64,000 bases of DNA from a virus (lineage: Duplodnaviria; Caudoviricetes), in IMG/VR virus record IMGVR_UViG_3300050514_000135, positions 33,102 through 97,101 of that record; one strand, 5' to 3'. A program made the translations under genes and the position numbers. How positions within the stretch are numbered: position 1 is the stretch's first letter; each line of letters opens with the position of its first letter. Shown here piece after piece: positions 1 to 9,076 of this stretch. The notes beneath the pieces are model-generated. The model did no database searches. It saw nothing but the letters and a program-made list of their open reading frames with translations, and had not been told where the DNA came from.

Positions 1-399
1 TGCGCGCTCTGCACGGGCGTCTGGGTGGGCATGGGGATGTCGCTGCTTTTCTCAGGTTTTCCACACGTTGGGGGTGACCTGTTGACGGACCTCTCGAGCC
101 TGGTTCGCCTGCTCGGCGTCGGTTCGGTGAGCGGGTGCGCGGCCCTGCTCTTCGTCGCGGTCTGGGAGAAGCTCGACACGCGCGGCGCGCTTTTATCGAT
201 TGAGAACGCGACGATGACGGTCCCCAACGCGCAGATCCACGCCCCGCGCGTGAAGTTCACGGGGGAGGCGTTCCAGCCGGAAGAGGCGCCGACCGACCCC
301 GTCTCCAGCGACAGCCGGCTGACCAAAAAAGTCCCGACGGATCGGCTTCGCATCGAGGCTAGCCGCCGCTCGCACCCGGAAAAAGACGGGGACAAGTGA
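1..399 (+). CDS. Membrane protein, 5' truncated, DUF1360-like
   Basis: Frame is open from base 1: CALCTGVWVG (CxxCxGxW motif) followed by two hydrophobic segments. Confidence 0.45.
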   Translation, partial: CALCTGVWVGMGMSLLFSGFPHVGGDLLTDLSSLVRLLGVGSVSGCAALLFVAVWEKLDTRGALLSIENATMTVPNAQIHAPRVKFTGEAFQPEEAPTDPVSSDSRLTKKVPTDRLRIEASRRSHPEKDGDK

Positions 400-462
400 C
401 GAGAGCGACAGAATTCGTCGCGTTCGGCACATAGGAGCCTAAAACCCGTGCAGCGAAAGAGC

Positions 463-664
463 GCCTGAGGTCCCCGAGGCTGCGGTCCGCAGCCGCTGCG
501 CTGGTACCGCGTGGACGACGCCCAGGGGCGCTTCCACCGCAGCCGGCCCGTGTTCGCGTTCGCAGTCCAGGCGGGTCGCGTGGTCGAGGCAGCGCCGATC
601 GCGCGCCGCAGGCTGCTCAGGGAGCGCGCGTTTGACGTTTTCGTGAGCCTCGGGGACCTCGGGC
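463..664. repeat. Inverted repeat pair flanking a ~165-bp spacer upstream of the integrase
   Basis: 467-481 GAGGTCCCCGAGGCT is the exact reverse complement of 646-660 AGCCTCGGGGACCTC; extends to 19 bp with 1 mismatch. Confidence 0.85.
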
Positions 665-686
665 TGGTCTGCGAGCTCATTCCGGG

Positions 687-715
687 TTGACCTTATAGAC
701 GGAAACTAGCATTAT
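687..715 (+). promoter_or_regulatory. Sigma70-like promoter of the integrase, probably giving a leaderless mRNA
   Basis: TTGACC (687-692), 17 bp, CATTAT (710-715), 7 bp, GTG start at 723. Confidence 0.6.
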
Positions 716-722
716 TGCCCAT

Positions 723-2300
723 GTGAAGAAGTCGCGCCGGCCGTCGATTACGCGCCTATTGGAAAGGCGTCACCAGGCCAAGGAGGCCAACGGCGCGAAA
801 ACGCCCGACGCTGCCGCGAGGATCGATTCTGCCGCGCCCGAGCCGGCACCGACGAAGAACGGGTCGTCCGAGCCGCCGGCAGCGTTCGCGGCTCAGGAGG
901 CGCCGACCAAGCCGAGCGTCCCCTCTCCCCTGAACCTGCGCAGCCCGGCGGACCTGGAGCGGCTGCGGGCGAACGAGTTCGACGCGGCCTGCAGGGCGGC
1001 GTGGGACGATGACTCGATCGAGCTGACTGAAGCCGACCTCGCGCGCATCGACGTCGCGCGTGCTCGGGCTCTGGCGTTCGCGAAGGACCAGGCATTGCTC
1101 GACTGGCTCGACGAGCCAGAACTAGAACTCGCGACTGATTCGCAAGGTCACGGAGCAACGCGGCTCTTCGGGGTTGCGCCAACACCGGCCGGCGGGGGAG
1201 CGACGGACGTTGCGTGGCTTCGGCCAGCTCTGCAGAGCAGCCCAACGTCCGCCCCGCCGGGCGAGATCTCGAGAGGAGGTGATGTCGATGCCAAAGATCG
1301 GGACCCCCGAAACGGACTTCATGAACCAGCGCCCCTCGTCCGCGTGACGGGGGGCGCGCTCGACGCCGACGCGCCGAAGCAGAGCTACGGGCCCGAGGAG
1401 GTGTTCAAGCGCTTCCTCATGAACCGCTCGGACGACACGCTGAAGGCGTACAAGGCCGACGTCGACGCCTTCGCGGCGTGGCTCGGCGTGAGCTCCGACG
1501 ACGCAGTCGGGCGCCTGCTCGGCCACGGCCTCGGCCCCGCGAACGCTCTCGTCATCGAGTGGCTCGACAGCATGCGCGAGCTCGCGCCGGCGACGCGCAA
1601 GCGCCGGCTCTCCGCGCTCCGCTCGGTCGTGCGCATGGCGCGTCGCCTGGGCGCCGTCGAGTGGTCGCTCGACGTCGACTCGCCGAAGGCGGAGGCGTAC
1701 CGCGACACGGCCGGCCCGACGGAGCACGAGTTCCACAAGCTCCTGCTCGCGTGCGGCGACGGGCTCGAGGGCCTGCGCAATCGCGCGCTCGTCCTGCTCG
1801 CCGTGCTCATGGCGTTCCGCCGGCGCGAGCTCGCCGCGTTCCGTCTCCAGGACTTCGACCGCGACCGGCGCCGCGTGTTCGTGCGCGGCAAGGGCGGGAA
1901 GAACTCGTGGGTCGGCGCGCCTGAAGAAGTGTACGACGCGCTGGTCGCGTGGCTCAACGCGCCCAAGACGATCGTCGGCGAGGACAACGACTCGGTCTTC
2001 CTGTCGCTCTCGCCGCGGACGTTCGGCGAGGCGCTCACGCGCAAGGGCGTCTACAACATCGTGACGAAGATCGGCGAGCGCGCCGGCGTGCGAGTCTGGC
2101 CGCACGCTTTGCGCCACGCGGGGATCACCGCGTCGCTCGACGCGAGCGACGGCGACGTGCGGATGGCCCAGCAGTTCGCGCGCCACGGCGACCCGAAGAC
2201 GACGATGGTCTACGACGACAACCGCACGGACATGGGTGGCCGAGCCGCGCGGCTCGTCGCCGGGAAGCTGATGCCGAAGAAGGGAGACGGGCATGGGTGA
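723..2300 (+). CDS. int: Tyrosine recombinase/integrase with a long disordered N-terminal extension
   Basis: SAM-like core-binding region (TLKAYKADV), then RNRAL, FRRREL, RGKGGK, HALRH, RHGDPKTTMVY giving the R-K-H-R-H-Y catalytic set. Confidence 0.93.
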   Translation: MKKSRRPSITRLLERRHQAKEANGAKTPDAAARIDSAAPEPAPTKNGSSEPPAAFAAQEAPTKPSVPSPLNLRSPADLERLRANEFDAACRAAWDDDSIELTEADLARIDVARARALAFAKDQALLDWLDEPELELATDSQGHGATRLFGVAPTPAGGGATDVAWLRPALQSSPTSAPPGEISRGGDVDAKDRDPRNGLHEPAPLVRVTGGALDADAPKQSYGPEEVFKRFLMNRSDDTLKAYKADVDAFAAWLGVSSDDAVGRLLGHGLGPANALVIEWLDSMRELAPATRKRRLSALRSVVRMARRLGAVEWSLDVDSPKAEAYRDTAGPTEHEFHKLLLACGDGLEGLRNRALVLLAVLMAFRRRELAAFRLQDFDRDRRRVFVRGKGGKNSWVGAPEEVYDALVAWLNAPKTIVGEDNDSVFLSLSPRTFGEALTRKGVYNIVTKIGERAGVRVWPHALRHAGITASLDASDGDVRMAQQFARHGDPKTTMVYDDNRTDMGGRAARLVAGKLMPKKGDGHG

Positions 2301-2721
2301 GCTAGCGTTCGCGAGCGTCGCGTACGAGACCGTCGCGTGCGGTCAGTGCGACATCGTGTTTGCCGTTCCGAGACAAGTCGTCGAGCGTTGGCGAAAGACC
2401 CACGAAGAGTGGTACTGCCCGAACGGGCACTGCCGATACTTCGCAGGAAAGAGCGACATCGAGGCGCTGAAGGAACAGCTCGCCGAGAAGGACCGCTTCA
2501 TCGAGAACGGGAAGAAGCGCGTGGAGTGGGCCGAGAAGCGCGCAGCCCACGAACGCGAGAACACGAAGCGCGCGCAGCGCAGCGCAGCCTCGTACAAGGG
2601 CAAGCTGAACCACGTGAAGACCCGGGTGGGCAACGGCGTCTGCCCGTGCTGCAATCGGTCCTTCACTAATCTCATGAGGCACATGCAGACGAAGCACCCG
2701 ACCTACAAGGGCGAGGATTAA
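2293..2721 (+). CDS. Zn-finger/coiled-coil phage protein
   Basis: CGQC...YCPNGH at the N-terminus, coiled coil, C-terminal CPCCNRSFTNLMRHMQTKH (C2H2-like). Confidence 0.75.
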   Translation: MGELAFASVAYETVACGQCDIVFAVPRQVVERWRKTHEEWYCPNGHCRYFAGKSDIEALKEQLAEKDRFIENGKKRVEWAEKRAAHERENTKRAQRSAASYKGKLNHVKTRVGNGVCPCCNRSFTNLMRHMQTKHPTYKGED

Positions 2722-3023
2722 TGCACGCCGAAGCCTTCATCGCGGCGCTCGCCGACTCGCGCGGGCACGAGCTCACGTCGCGGCGGCCGTGCAACTTCAA
2801 CCACGGCAACCCGGTCGCCGACTTCAACGCCTTCGACTTCCGCGAGCCCGGCATCGCCGAGGTCATGCTCGTGTTCTGCGCCGACTGCGGGGAGCTCGTC
2901 ACGCACCGGCGCATGAACATCTTCTACTCGTACGAGCACACCGAGGACTTCATTCAGATCTGCGGGTACCCGACGAGTGCCGTGCCGTTCGACCAGAGAC
3001 TCCGACCGCGAGGTGAGTCGTGA
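2721..3023 (+). CDS. Hypothetical protein
   Basis: Coupled to both neighbours; typical codon usage; CADC motif. Confidence 0.6.
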   Translation: MHAEAFIAALADSRGHELTSRRPCNFNHGNPVADFNAFDFREPGIAEVMLVFCADCGELVTHRRMNIFYSYEHTEDFIQICGYPTSAVPFDQRLRPRGES

Positions 3024-3286
3024 GTTGGAAACTCGAAGTCCGAACGCACGAGATGCAGGACGGCAAGTGGGTGCTCGTTCTCGACCACGCTTTCTACGGG
3101 ACCACGCGCGAGGACGCGCTCCACTACTCGGACTCGCACGAGCGCACCGACTCGTTCTACCGCGACACGGGCGGCGCGCTCGCGGCGCGCGAGAGCTACC
3201 GACTGAAGTCGTTCATCATCGTCAAGGGGCACTTCCGAGACGTCCCGACGCAGACCGAGGCCGAGTTCAAGAAGAGGAAGCGATGA
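3020..3286 (+). CDS. Hypothetical protein
   Basis: GTGA overlap upstream and ATGA overlap downstream. Confidence 0.6.
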   Translation: MSWKLEVRTHEMQDGKWVLVLDHAFYGTTREDALHYSDSHERTDSFYRDTGGALAARESYRLKSFIIVKGHFRDVPTQTEAEFKKRKR

Positions 3287-3681
3287 CAACGAAGACGTTC
3301 TACAAGCTCGGCGAGTACTACAAGAACGGGTTTTCGGGACCGACGCGCTACAAGTGCGAAGAGATGCACGGGACGGTCGTGGCGGAAGGCGTCGTGAGGA
3401 TCAGCAAGTACGGTGAACGCGAAGAGGTCGTGCTCGAGGCGACGCTCGCGGACACGCCGAAGCGAGCGTTCGATAAACTCGTGGCCGAGAAACAGCTCAA
3501 CGTCGAGGAAGCGAGGCTCGCGCTCGAGAAGGCGGAGAAGGCTCTGAAGAAAGCCAGCACCGCGCACGACGACTGGTTGGAGTACGAGGCTCGAGAAGAG
3601 GCTGAGAGAGCGCGGCGAGTCGAACTCGAGCGCGCCCGCTTGAACGAGCAGCGCGAGAGCCAGTACCGGGACAAGCCGTGA
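3283..3681 (+). CDS. Hypothetical coiled-coil protein (starts MTTKTFYK)
   Basis: ATG at 3283 overlaps the previous stop; GAGGAAG RBS; C-terminal coiled coil. Confidence 0.65.
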   Translation: MTTKTFYKLGEYYKNGFSGPTRYKCEEMHGTVVAEGVVRISKYGEREEVVLEATLADTPKRAFDKLVAEKQLNVEEARLALEKAEKALKKASTAHDDWLEYEAREEAERARRVELERARLNEQRESQYRDKP

Positions 3682-3860
3682 CCCACGGCGAGAAGATGGC
3701 GCGCGCGGCGCTCGCCCAGTGGATCAAGCTGTACGAGCGCCAGCAGAAGTGCGAGCAATGCCAGATCTCGGCCGCGCAGTGCGGGCGACACCGCACGAAG
3801 ACCGAATTCGACAAGCTCCTCGAGCAGAGTCGGCGCCTGCTTGCCGGCGGGCCGAACTAG
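3678..3860 (+). CDS. Small Cys-containing hypothetical protein
   Basis: GTGA overlap; CEQC...CGRH. Confidence 0.5.
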   Translation: MTHGEKMARAALAQWIKLYERQQKCEQCQISAAQCGRHRTKTEFDKLLEQSRRLLAGGPN

Positions 3861-3876
3861 CGACTAGAATTGCTCG

Positions 3877-4074
3877 ATGCGACGGTACGAGAAGCCGACC
3901 GTGACCGACCTCCCCGGCAGGGGGGACTGGGTCCGGAAGTTCCGACTGTTCTTCGCCGACCGGTACGAGGTCGTGGGCTTCAAGGGTGAGTCGGTGCTCG
4001 TGCGCGCGCTGCGCGACGGGGTCATCTACCGCGCGGAGGGCCGGGCCGAGGACCCGCGCTTCTCGGAGCTCTGA
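3877..4074 (+). CDS. Hypothetical protein, probably leaderless
   Basis: TAGAAT -10 box 6 bp before the ATG; coupled to the next gene. Confidence 0.55.
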   Translation: MRRYEKPTVTDLPGRGDWVRKFRLFFADRYEVVGFKGESVLVRALRDGVIYRAEGRAEDPRFSEL

Positions 4075-4514
4075 TGGCGCGCCACGTCCACTTCGACCGG
4101 TGCTTCGACGACGCCAAGGTGCGCCAGCTCTCGGTGCACCTGCCGGCGACGTTCGAGGCGCTGAACCGGATGGCGCCCTGGCGCAAGGGGCGGTGGCCGA
4201 CGCGCGTGAAGTGCATGACGCACACGCAGATCATCGAGGGACGGCGGCGCGGCGCCGGCCACGGCTTCACGTTCATCCGCGGCAACACGATCTGGATGAA
4301 CGCGCACATGACCGCGATGGGCTACTGGCTCGTGTACGTGCACGAGAACCTGCACCACGCCTTCCCCGATGCGACGGAAGAGGAGTTGAACTGCCGCGAG
4401 CTCCCGCAGGTCTACCGCGAGGTGTTCGGGCGCACGCTCACGCCCGCGTTCGCGCGAAAGCACGGCGTCGGTTCGCCAGTGCCGGGCGTCGGCGACCGGA
4501 GCTACTGCCGGTGA
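4074..4514 (+). CDS. Small zincin-like metallopeptidase
   Basis: HExxH motif YVHENLHH plus a downstream TEEE. Confidence 0.6.
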   Translation: MARHVHFDRCFDDAKVRQLSVHLPATFEALNRMAPWRKGRWPTRVKCMTHTQIIEGRRRGAGHGFTFIRGNTIWMNAHMTAMGYWLVYVHENLHHAFPDATEEELNCRELPQVYREVFGRTLTPAFARKHGVGSPVPGVGDRSYCR

Positions 4515-4777
4515 TGGACGAGGGCGCGCAGAAGTCCGCGTTCCCGGCGCTGTCCGAGTTCCCGGGCCAGGGCCTCTACCAGCACCACAAGGGCGGGTAC
4601 TACATGGCGCTGTTCGTGACGACGCACCACGAGACGAACGAGCCCTTCGTCGCGTACGTGCCTTACGGGCACCCGGAGAGTGGCGTGCGCGTGCGCGAGC
4701 TCTCGTCGTGGATAGAGAAGGTCAAGTGGGAGACGCACGGCCTGCTCGACTTCAGGTTCAAGCGGGTAGAACCGTGA
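4514..4777 (+). CDS. DUF1653-family protein
   Basis: GLYQHHKGGYY...HHETNEPFVAY...VRELSSW...FRF matches the DUF1653 pattern; ATG at 4514. Confidence 0.75.
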   Translation: MDEGAQKSAFPALSEFPGQGLYQHHKGGYYMALFVTTHHETNEPFVAYVPYGHPESGVRVRELSSWIEKVKWETHGLLDFRFKRVEP

Positions 4778-5007
4778 TCGAGCAGCTCATCAAGCTCGCG
4801 CGCGAGCGCCTGTTCTACGGCGAGCGACTCGAGCACGTCGCGCACTCGCTCGGGCTCAAGGCCGGCGACTACGCGCTCGGGCACCTCGCGGCGCGCGCCG
4901 CCGAGCTCGACCTCCGAAAGCGCCGAAAACCTGACCTGCAGGGTGTCCAGCTGCCGCTGCGACGCAAGGAGCGGCGCGCGGGGCGCGTGTGGTGGGTGCG
5001 GCGGTGA
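4774..5007 (+). CDS. Hypothetical basic protein
   Basis: GTGA overlaps on both sides. Confidence 0.5.
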   Translation: MIEQLIKLARERLFYGERLEHVAHSLGLKAGDYALGHLAARAAELDLRKRRKPDLQGVQLPLRRKERRAGRVWWVRR

Positions 5008-5327
5008 CCGAGTACGTCTTCTTGATACTCGGCCTAGGCTTCGTCAGCTCTGTCATCGGGTCGCTCGTGCTGTTCGACCGACGAGAAGCTCGGCGAGAGG
5101 ACCAGTGGCGCGTTCAGCAGCGCGTGCAGATGGACGAGACGGTCGAGTGGATGCAAGCCCAGCAGAAACGTCGCAGAGCCACGCACGCCGAGGTTCGAGC
5201 ACTGAGGTGGCCCGCAGTCCGAGCGCTGTGCGAGCGCGAGACCGGGCACTCGCCGTGCGAGTGCGCGACGCGCTTCGCCGCGGGAGAGAACGTCTTCTGG
5301 GCTCGCGAGCGACGGAGGGACTCTTGA
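5004..5327 (+). CDS. Hypothetical membrane protein
   Basis: N-terminal TM (YVFLILGLGFVSSVIGSLVLF); GTGA overlap. Confidence 0.55.
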   Translation: MTEYVFLILGLGFVSSVIGSLVLFDRREARREDQWRVQQRVQMDETVEWMQAQQKRRRATHAEVRALRWPAVRALCERETGHSPCECATRFAAGENVFWARERRRDS

Positions 5328-6235
5328 CCTCGTTCTGGGACCAGTTCGTGCCCCGGTTCGAGGGCAAGCCGCGCATCGAGCTCCGCGACAACCCGCGCGT
5401 GAAGAAGTGGGTGCAGGTCCTGCTCGACCACCGCGAGAACCTGGAGAACGCCGCCGGCGGGAAGCTCGGCGCCGTGCTCGGCTGCGGGCACTGGGGCTGC
5501 GTCGTGGACATGGCCGACCCGTGGGTGCTGAAGCTCACGATCGACCCGACCGAGGCGCACATCTGGGCGAGGATCACGGAGCTCCAGGCCGACGAGGTCT
5601 ACGGGCAGGACGGCTTCACGCGACTCAAGCGCATCTTCGAGTTGAAGCCCGGCATCCGCTACGGCGGGCGCATGAAGCGCGTCTACGGCATCGTGCGCGA
5701 GAAGATCGCGCCGGCGCTGAGGTGGGACCGGCGCCAGAGCGCGGCGCCGACCGTGCACACGCTGCGCAGACTCGGCATCGAGGTGCCCGACAACTATGTC
5801 GCGAACTTCAACTACAAGGAGCTGAAGCAGCTAGACACCTCTTCGGCGGCTAAACCGCTCTGGGTGAAGTCGAACATCGACGAGTTCGCGAACGCGATGG
5901 AGGGCCTCGTCGAGTACAAGGGCATCGGCAGGCAGTGGTACGAGCGGCTGCACATGAGTCGTCGCGACGAGATACGCGATCGTCTGCAGAACGTCCTGAA
6001 TCGAAAGTTCGGCGGCCCCATCGGCGGGCCGCTCGGTGAGTCGCTGGGCATGCTGCTCGACAACGACCTCGTGCTGCGCGATACGCACCTCGGGAACGTG
6101 GGCTGGCGCGTGTTCGAGGAGGTCGACGGCGACGAGGCGCCTGACTCGCTCGTGATATTCGATCCAGGCCACACGCCGACCGAGAAGCGCGAGCTCCCGG
6201 TCGAGGAGTGGCAGCACTTCGCGGCGCTGGGTTAG
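5324..6235 (+). CDS. Atypical protein-kinase-like protein
   Basis: Gly loop LGCGHWGCV, VLKLT lysine, helix-C Glu (TEA), catalytic loop RDTHLGN, IFDPG; TTG start after GGAGGG. Confidence 0.7.
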   Translation: MTSFWDQFVPRFEGKPRIELRDNPRVKKWVQVLLDHRENLENAAGGKLGAVLGCGHWGCVVDMADPWVLKLTIDPTEAHIWARITELQADEVYGQDGFTRLKRIFELKPGIRYGGRMKRVYGIVREKIAPALRWDRRQSAAPTVHTLRRLGIEVPDNYVANFNYKELKQLDTSSAAKPLWVKSNIDEFANAMEGLVEYKGIGRQWYERLHMSRRDEIRDRLQNVLNRKFGGPIGGPLGESLGMLLDNDLVLRDTHLGNVGWRVFEEVDGDEAPDSLVIFDPGHTPTEKRELPVEEWQHFAALG

Positions 6236-6237
6236 CC

Positions 6238-6594
6238 ATGACGGCCCGCGCCGCCGGCGTACTGCTCCGGGCCCGCTCGACGGGCCGCTACCTGTTCCTG
6301 CGCGAGGCGGACGGCACCTGGAACGTGCCCGGGGGCGGGATCGAGCCCGGGGAGGACGCCGAGGACGCGGCGCTGCGCGAGCTCGTGGAGGAGACCGGGT
6401 TCTACGGCACGCTCCGGATGAGCCGCGCCGCCTCGCATATCGGCGCGTACCGCCTCTACGTCGGCGAGGTCGAGAAGGAGTTCAAGCCCGAGCTCAGCGA
6501 CGAGCACGAGGCGTACGCCTGGACCAGACTCTGCGACGTGCCGCGGCCGCACCACCGCGGGCTCGATCGCTTCATCTGGCAGGCGTGCAATTAG
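6238..6594 (+). CDS. Nudix hydrolase
   Basis: Nudix box GGGIEPGEDAEDAALRELVEETG. Confidence 0.92.
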   Translation: MTARAAGVLLRARSTGRYLFLREADGTWNVPGGGIEPGEDAEDAALRELVEETGFYGTLRMSRAASHIGAYRLYVGEVEKEFKPELSDEHEAYAWTRLCDVPRPHHRGLDRFIWQACN

Positions 6595-7154
6595 CCCGGG
6601 ATCTCGATGATAGACACTTGCACGCTGCCGGACGAGATCACGCACGAGCCCGTGACGTCGGTGACGCGAACGTGGACGACATCCCCGCCTGGCGGGACCG
6701 TGTAGATGCAGTCCACGAAGCCGTCGTTGCTCGAAGCGTCTGTGCTCGTAGCGGGACGCATCACACCCTTGATGGAGTCGGCCTGGGGGATCGGGGTGAG
6801 GTTGTTGTCCACCCACCTGAAGTCGATCGAGTCGCCGACACCACCGAACCCGTCCGCGTGGCCGTGGAAGATCAGGTGGTAGGTCTTGCCGACCGTCAAC
6901 TGGAACGACTCGTTGTCGGGCTGAGTGATCCCGCGCGCGGCGGTTGCCGTGTCGAAGTGGAAGTTAGTCACACCGCCGATGTTTTGAGGGACGGTGTTCT
7001 TCGCCTCGTAATATTGCGGAGAGTCAGCGCCGCTCGACGTGAGTCCGTCGATCACGGCGGCGAGGTTGAGCACGAACTGCCCGATCGGGCTGCTGAGGCC
7101 GAACTGCGAGGCGACCGCCATCGCTCGGCTGTGAAGTTTGCTGGCCATCGTCAT
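6591..7154 (-). CDS. Putative virion protein, beta-sandwich C-terminus; paralog of 10861..11415
   Basis: Shared N-terminus SKLHxxAMxVASQFGLxSPIGQ; beta-rich C1q/BclA-like C-terminus. Confidence 0.65.
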   Translation of the reverse strand: MTMASKLHSRAMAVASQFGLSSPIGQFVLNLAAVIDGLTSSGADSPQYYEAKNTVPQNIGGVTNFHFDTATAARGITQPDNESFQLTVGKTYHLIFHGHADGFGGVGDSIDFRWVDNNLTPIPQADSIKGVMRPATSTDASSNDGFVDCIYTVPPGGDVVHVRVTDVTGSCVISSGSVQVSIIEIPG

Positions 7155-7158
7155 CTCC

Positions 7159-7785
7159 TCAGATCATGAACAGGTTGATCGGGTGCCCCTGCAGCGTCGC
7201 CGAGCCGTACTTCTGGCAATAGTCGGCGTGCAGGTCGTCGCGCCGGACGGGCGCGCTCGCGTCGTTCGCGTAGTACCAGAAGCTGCCGTCCTGCAGCACG
7301 ACGACGACGGCCTGGCCCGACGACAGCGCGTCGAGCTGCGCTTGCATCGCGGGCGGGAGCATCGCCTTCAGCTGGTTCGGCATGGGTGGGGTGCCGCCCG
7401 GAAACGCGGTCGGGACCTGGACAGCGACCACACCCGCGGTGAAGCCCCACTGCGTGAGCTTGACCTGGTCCACGGTGCACACGGCGGCAGGTGGGAGAGG
7501 CGGGGGCGTGGCGGTCGTCGTCGTGGACGCGGTCTTGTCCTTGTTCAGGTACCAGATCGCGGCTGCGCCGAGAGCGAGCGCTCCGAGCACCCAAGGCGCG
7601 GCGCTCGGGTTCGCCTGGAGCTTGCCCTCACGCGCGAGCGCGGCTCGCTTCGCGGAGGGCGACATCTTGTGGTACCAGAGCGCGCCGCAGACCGCGCCCG
7701 GGTTCTGCGCCGACTGTGACGCGCCGCGCACGCAGTCGCGCATCCACTTCTTCGGCGGTCTTCGCGGGTTGGTTTGCATCTTCAT
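7159..7785 (-). CDS. Membrane protein (NP tag, TM, HPxxxF C-terminal tag)
   Basis: MQTNP and LQANP, TM WVLGALALGAAAIWYL, ends LQGHPINLFMI. Confidence 0.75.
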   Translation of the reverse strand: MKMQTNPRRPPKKWMRDCVRGASQSAQNPGAVCGALWYHKMSPSAKRAALAREGKLQANPSAAPWVLGALALGAAAIWYLNKDKTASTTTTATPPPLPPAAVCTVDQVKLTQWGFTAGVVAVQVPTAFPGGTPPMPNQLKAMLPPAMQAQLDALSSGQAVVVVLQDGSFWYYANDASAPVRRDDLHADYCQKYGSATLQGHPINLFMI

Positions 7786-8483
7786 GGTCCGGGTCCAGAG
7801 TAAAAGTTTGGCTGTCGATGGAGCGTCGCGATCGTGTTCGCCTGGTAGTGACAGTCGGCCGTGAGCAGGTAGACCGTGTCCCCGTTGTCCGGATTGACGG
7901 GGTTGTTGGTGCGCTGCAGCGAGAGGAGCAGGATGCCGTCGGGCTCGAAGTTCGTCGGGTCGAGGGGGACGGGGATCTCGCTCGTCATGTGCCGGAAAGC
8001 TGAGCCAGGCGGCGCCTCGGTGGTGAAGACGGTCGTGCCCGTGAGGTCGTAGTTCTGCTGGTTGAAACCCTTCGCGTACGTCCAGGTGTAGCTCCAGGTG
8101 ACCTCGTTCGTTTCCGTGCCGTCCGTGAGCCAGTGCGCGTGCAGGAAGACCGGCGAGTTGAGCGCGTAGTCGTGCTGGAAGTGGTAGACGATGTCGACGC
8201 TCCGGCCGAGCGCGAAAGCGTACGCGCGAAACGCGCTGCCGCCGATGCTCTGTCGCGTCGGGTCACTGATGTCCGTGCCGGGCGTGTAGATCTGCCCGAC
8301 CATGTCCCTCCACCCGCCGTTCTGCGACGTGTAGAAGTTGATGTTGCCGAGCACGTTCAGGAGGCTGAGCGTCGTCGCCGCCGTTTCTTTTAGTCCCCTG
8401 CGCCAATTGCCCATCGCAGAGTGAAGCGACTTCTCGCCGCCGGAAGCTGAAAGCAAACCTAGAAGTCGACGTGTTGCTGACAT
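7782..8483 (-). CDS. Putative virion/spike protein with an SLHS N-terminal tag
   Basis: LLGLLSASGGEKSLHSAMGNW leader followed by a beta-rich domain. Confidence 0.65.
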   Translation of the reverse strand: MSATRRLLGLLSASGGEKSLHSAMGNWRRGLKETAATTLSLLNVLGNINFYTSQNGGWRDMVGQIYTPGTDISDPTRQSIGGSAFRAYAFALGRSVDIVYHFQHDYALNSPVFLHAHWLTDGTETNEVTWSYTWTYAKGFNQQNYDLTGTTVFTTEAPPGSAFRHMTSEIPVPLDPTNFEPDGILLLSLQRTNNPVNPDNGDTVYLLTADCHYQANTIATLHRQPNFYSGPGP

Positions 8484-8486
8484 GGA

Positions 8487-9074
8487 TCACACCATGAAGA
8501 AGTCGGCGGGGTGTCCGTTGAGAGCTGGCGTGCCCTTGGTCACGCTCGCGCCGACGAACTTCGCCAGCGCGGCGTTCTCGGCGTCGTCCGAGACCCACTT
8601 CGTGCCGTTCCACTTGTAGAAGCCGCAATCGACGGTCGAGAACGTGTGCGCGTTCTTGTTCGAGACGTAGTCGGCCTTCGGAGCGGGCCACTGCGCAACC
8701 GGTTGGGTCTTGTCCGGCGGCACGTACAGCTTGTACGTCGTGGGCTTCGACTTGACGTACGTCGTGAGCATCGCGTCCGTGATCGGGCACGGGAGAGCGC
8801 TCGGCGTCTCGGCCTTCGCCTCGGTGTCGCGCGACATCCACCACCAGATCCCGGCCGCGAGGAGACCTCCGCCAATGATCCACGGCAGCGCGCTCGGGTT
8901 CTCCTGGAGAGACTTGTTGCCAGCGATCTCGTCCGCGTACCTCTCGGCGTCCGCGTATCGATTGAAGACGCGCAGCACTTGGTTGTGCCACATGACGAAG
9001 TACGCCTGGTTCACGTTCGAGTAACGGATCGTGATCCCGTTCCCGACCTGCACGACACTTTGACGCCTCGCCAT
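8487..9074 (-). CDS. Membrane protein (small domain, LQENP, TM, HPADFFMV)
   Basis: ATG at 9074 (MARRQSVV); LQENP, TM WIIGGGLLAAGIWWWM, ends GHPADFFMV. Confidence 0.75.
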   Translation of the reverse strand: MARRQSVVQVGNGITIRYSNVNQAYFVMWHNQVLRVFNRYADAERYADEIAGNKSLQENPSALPWIIGGGLLAAGIWWWMSRDTEAKAETPSALPCPITDAMLTTYVKSKPTTYKLYVPPDKTQPVAQWPAPKADYVSNKNAHTFSTVDCGFYKWNGTKWVSDDAENAALAKFVGASVTKGTPALNGHPADFFMV

Positions 9075-9076
9075 CG

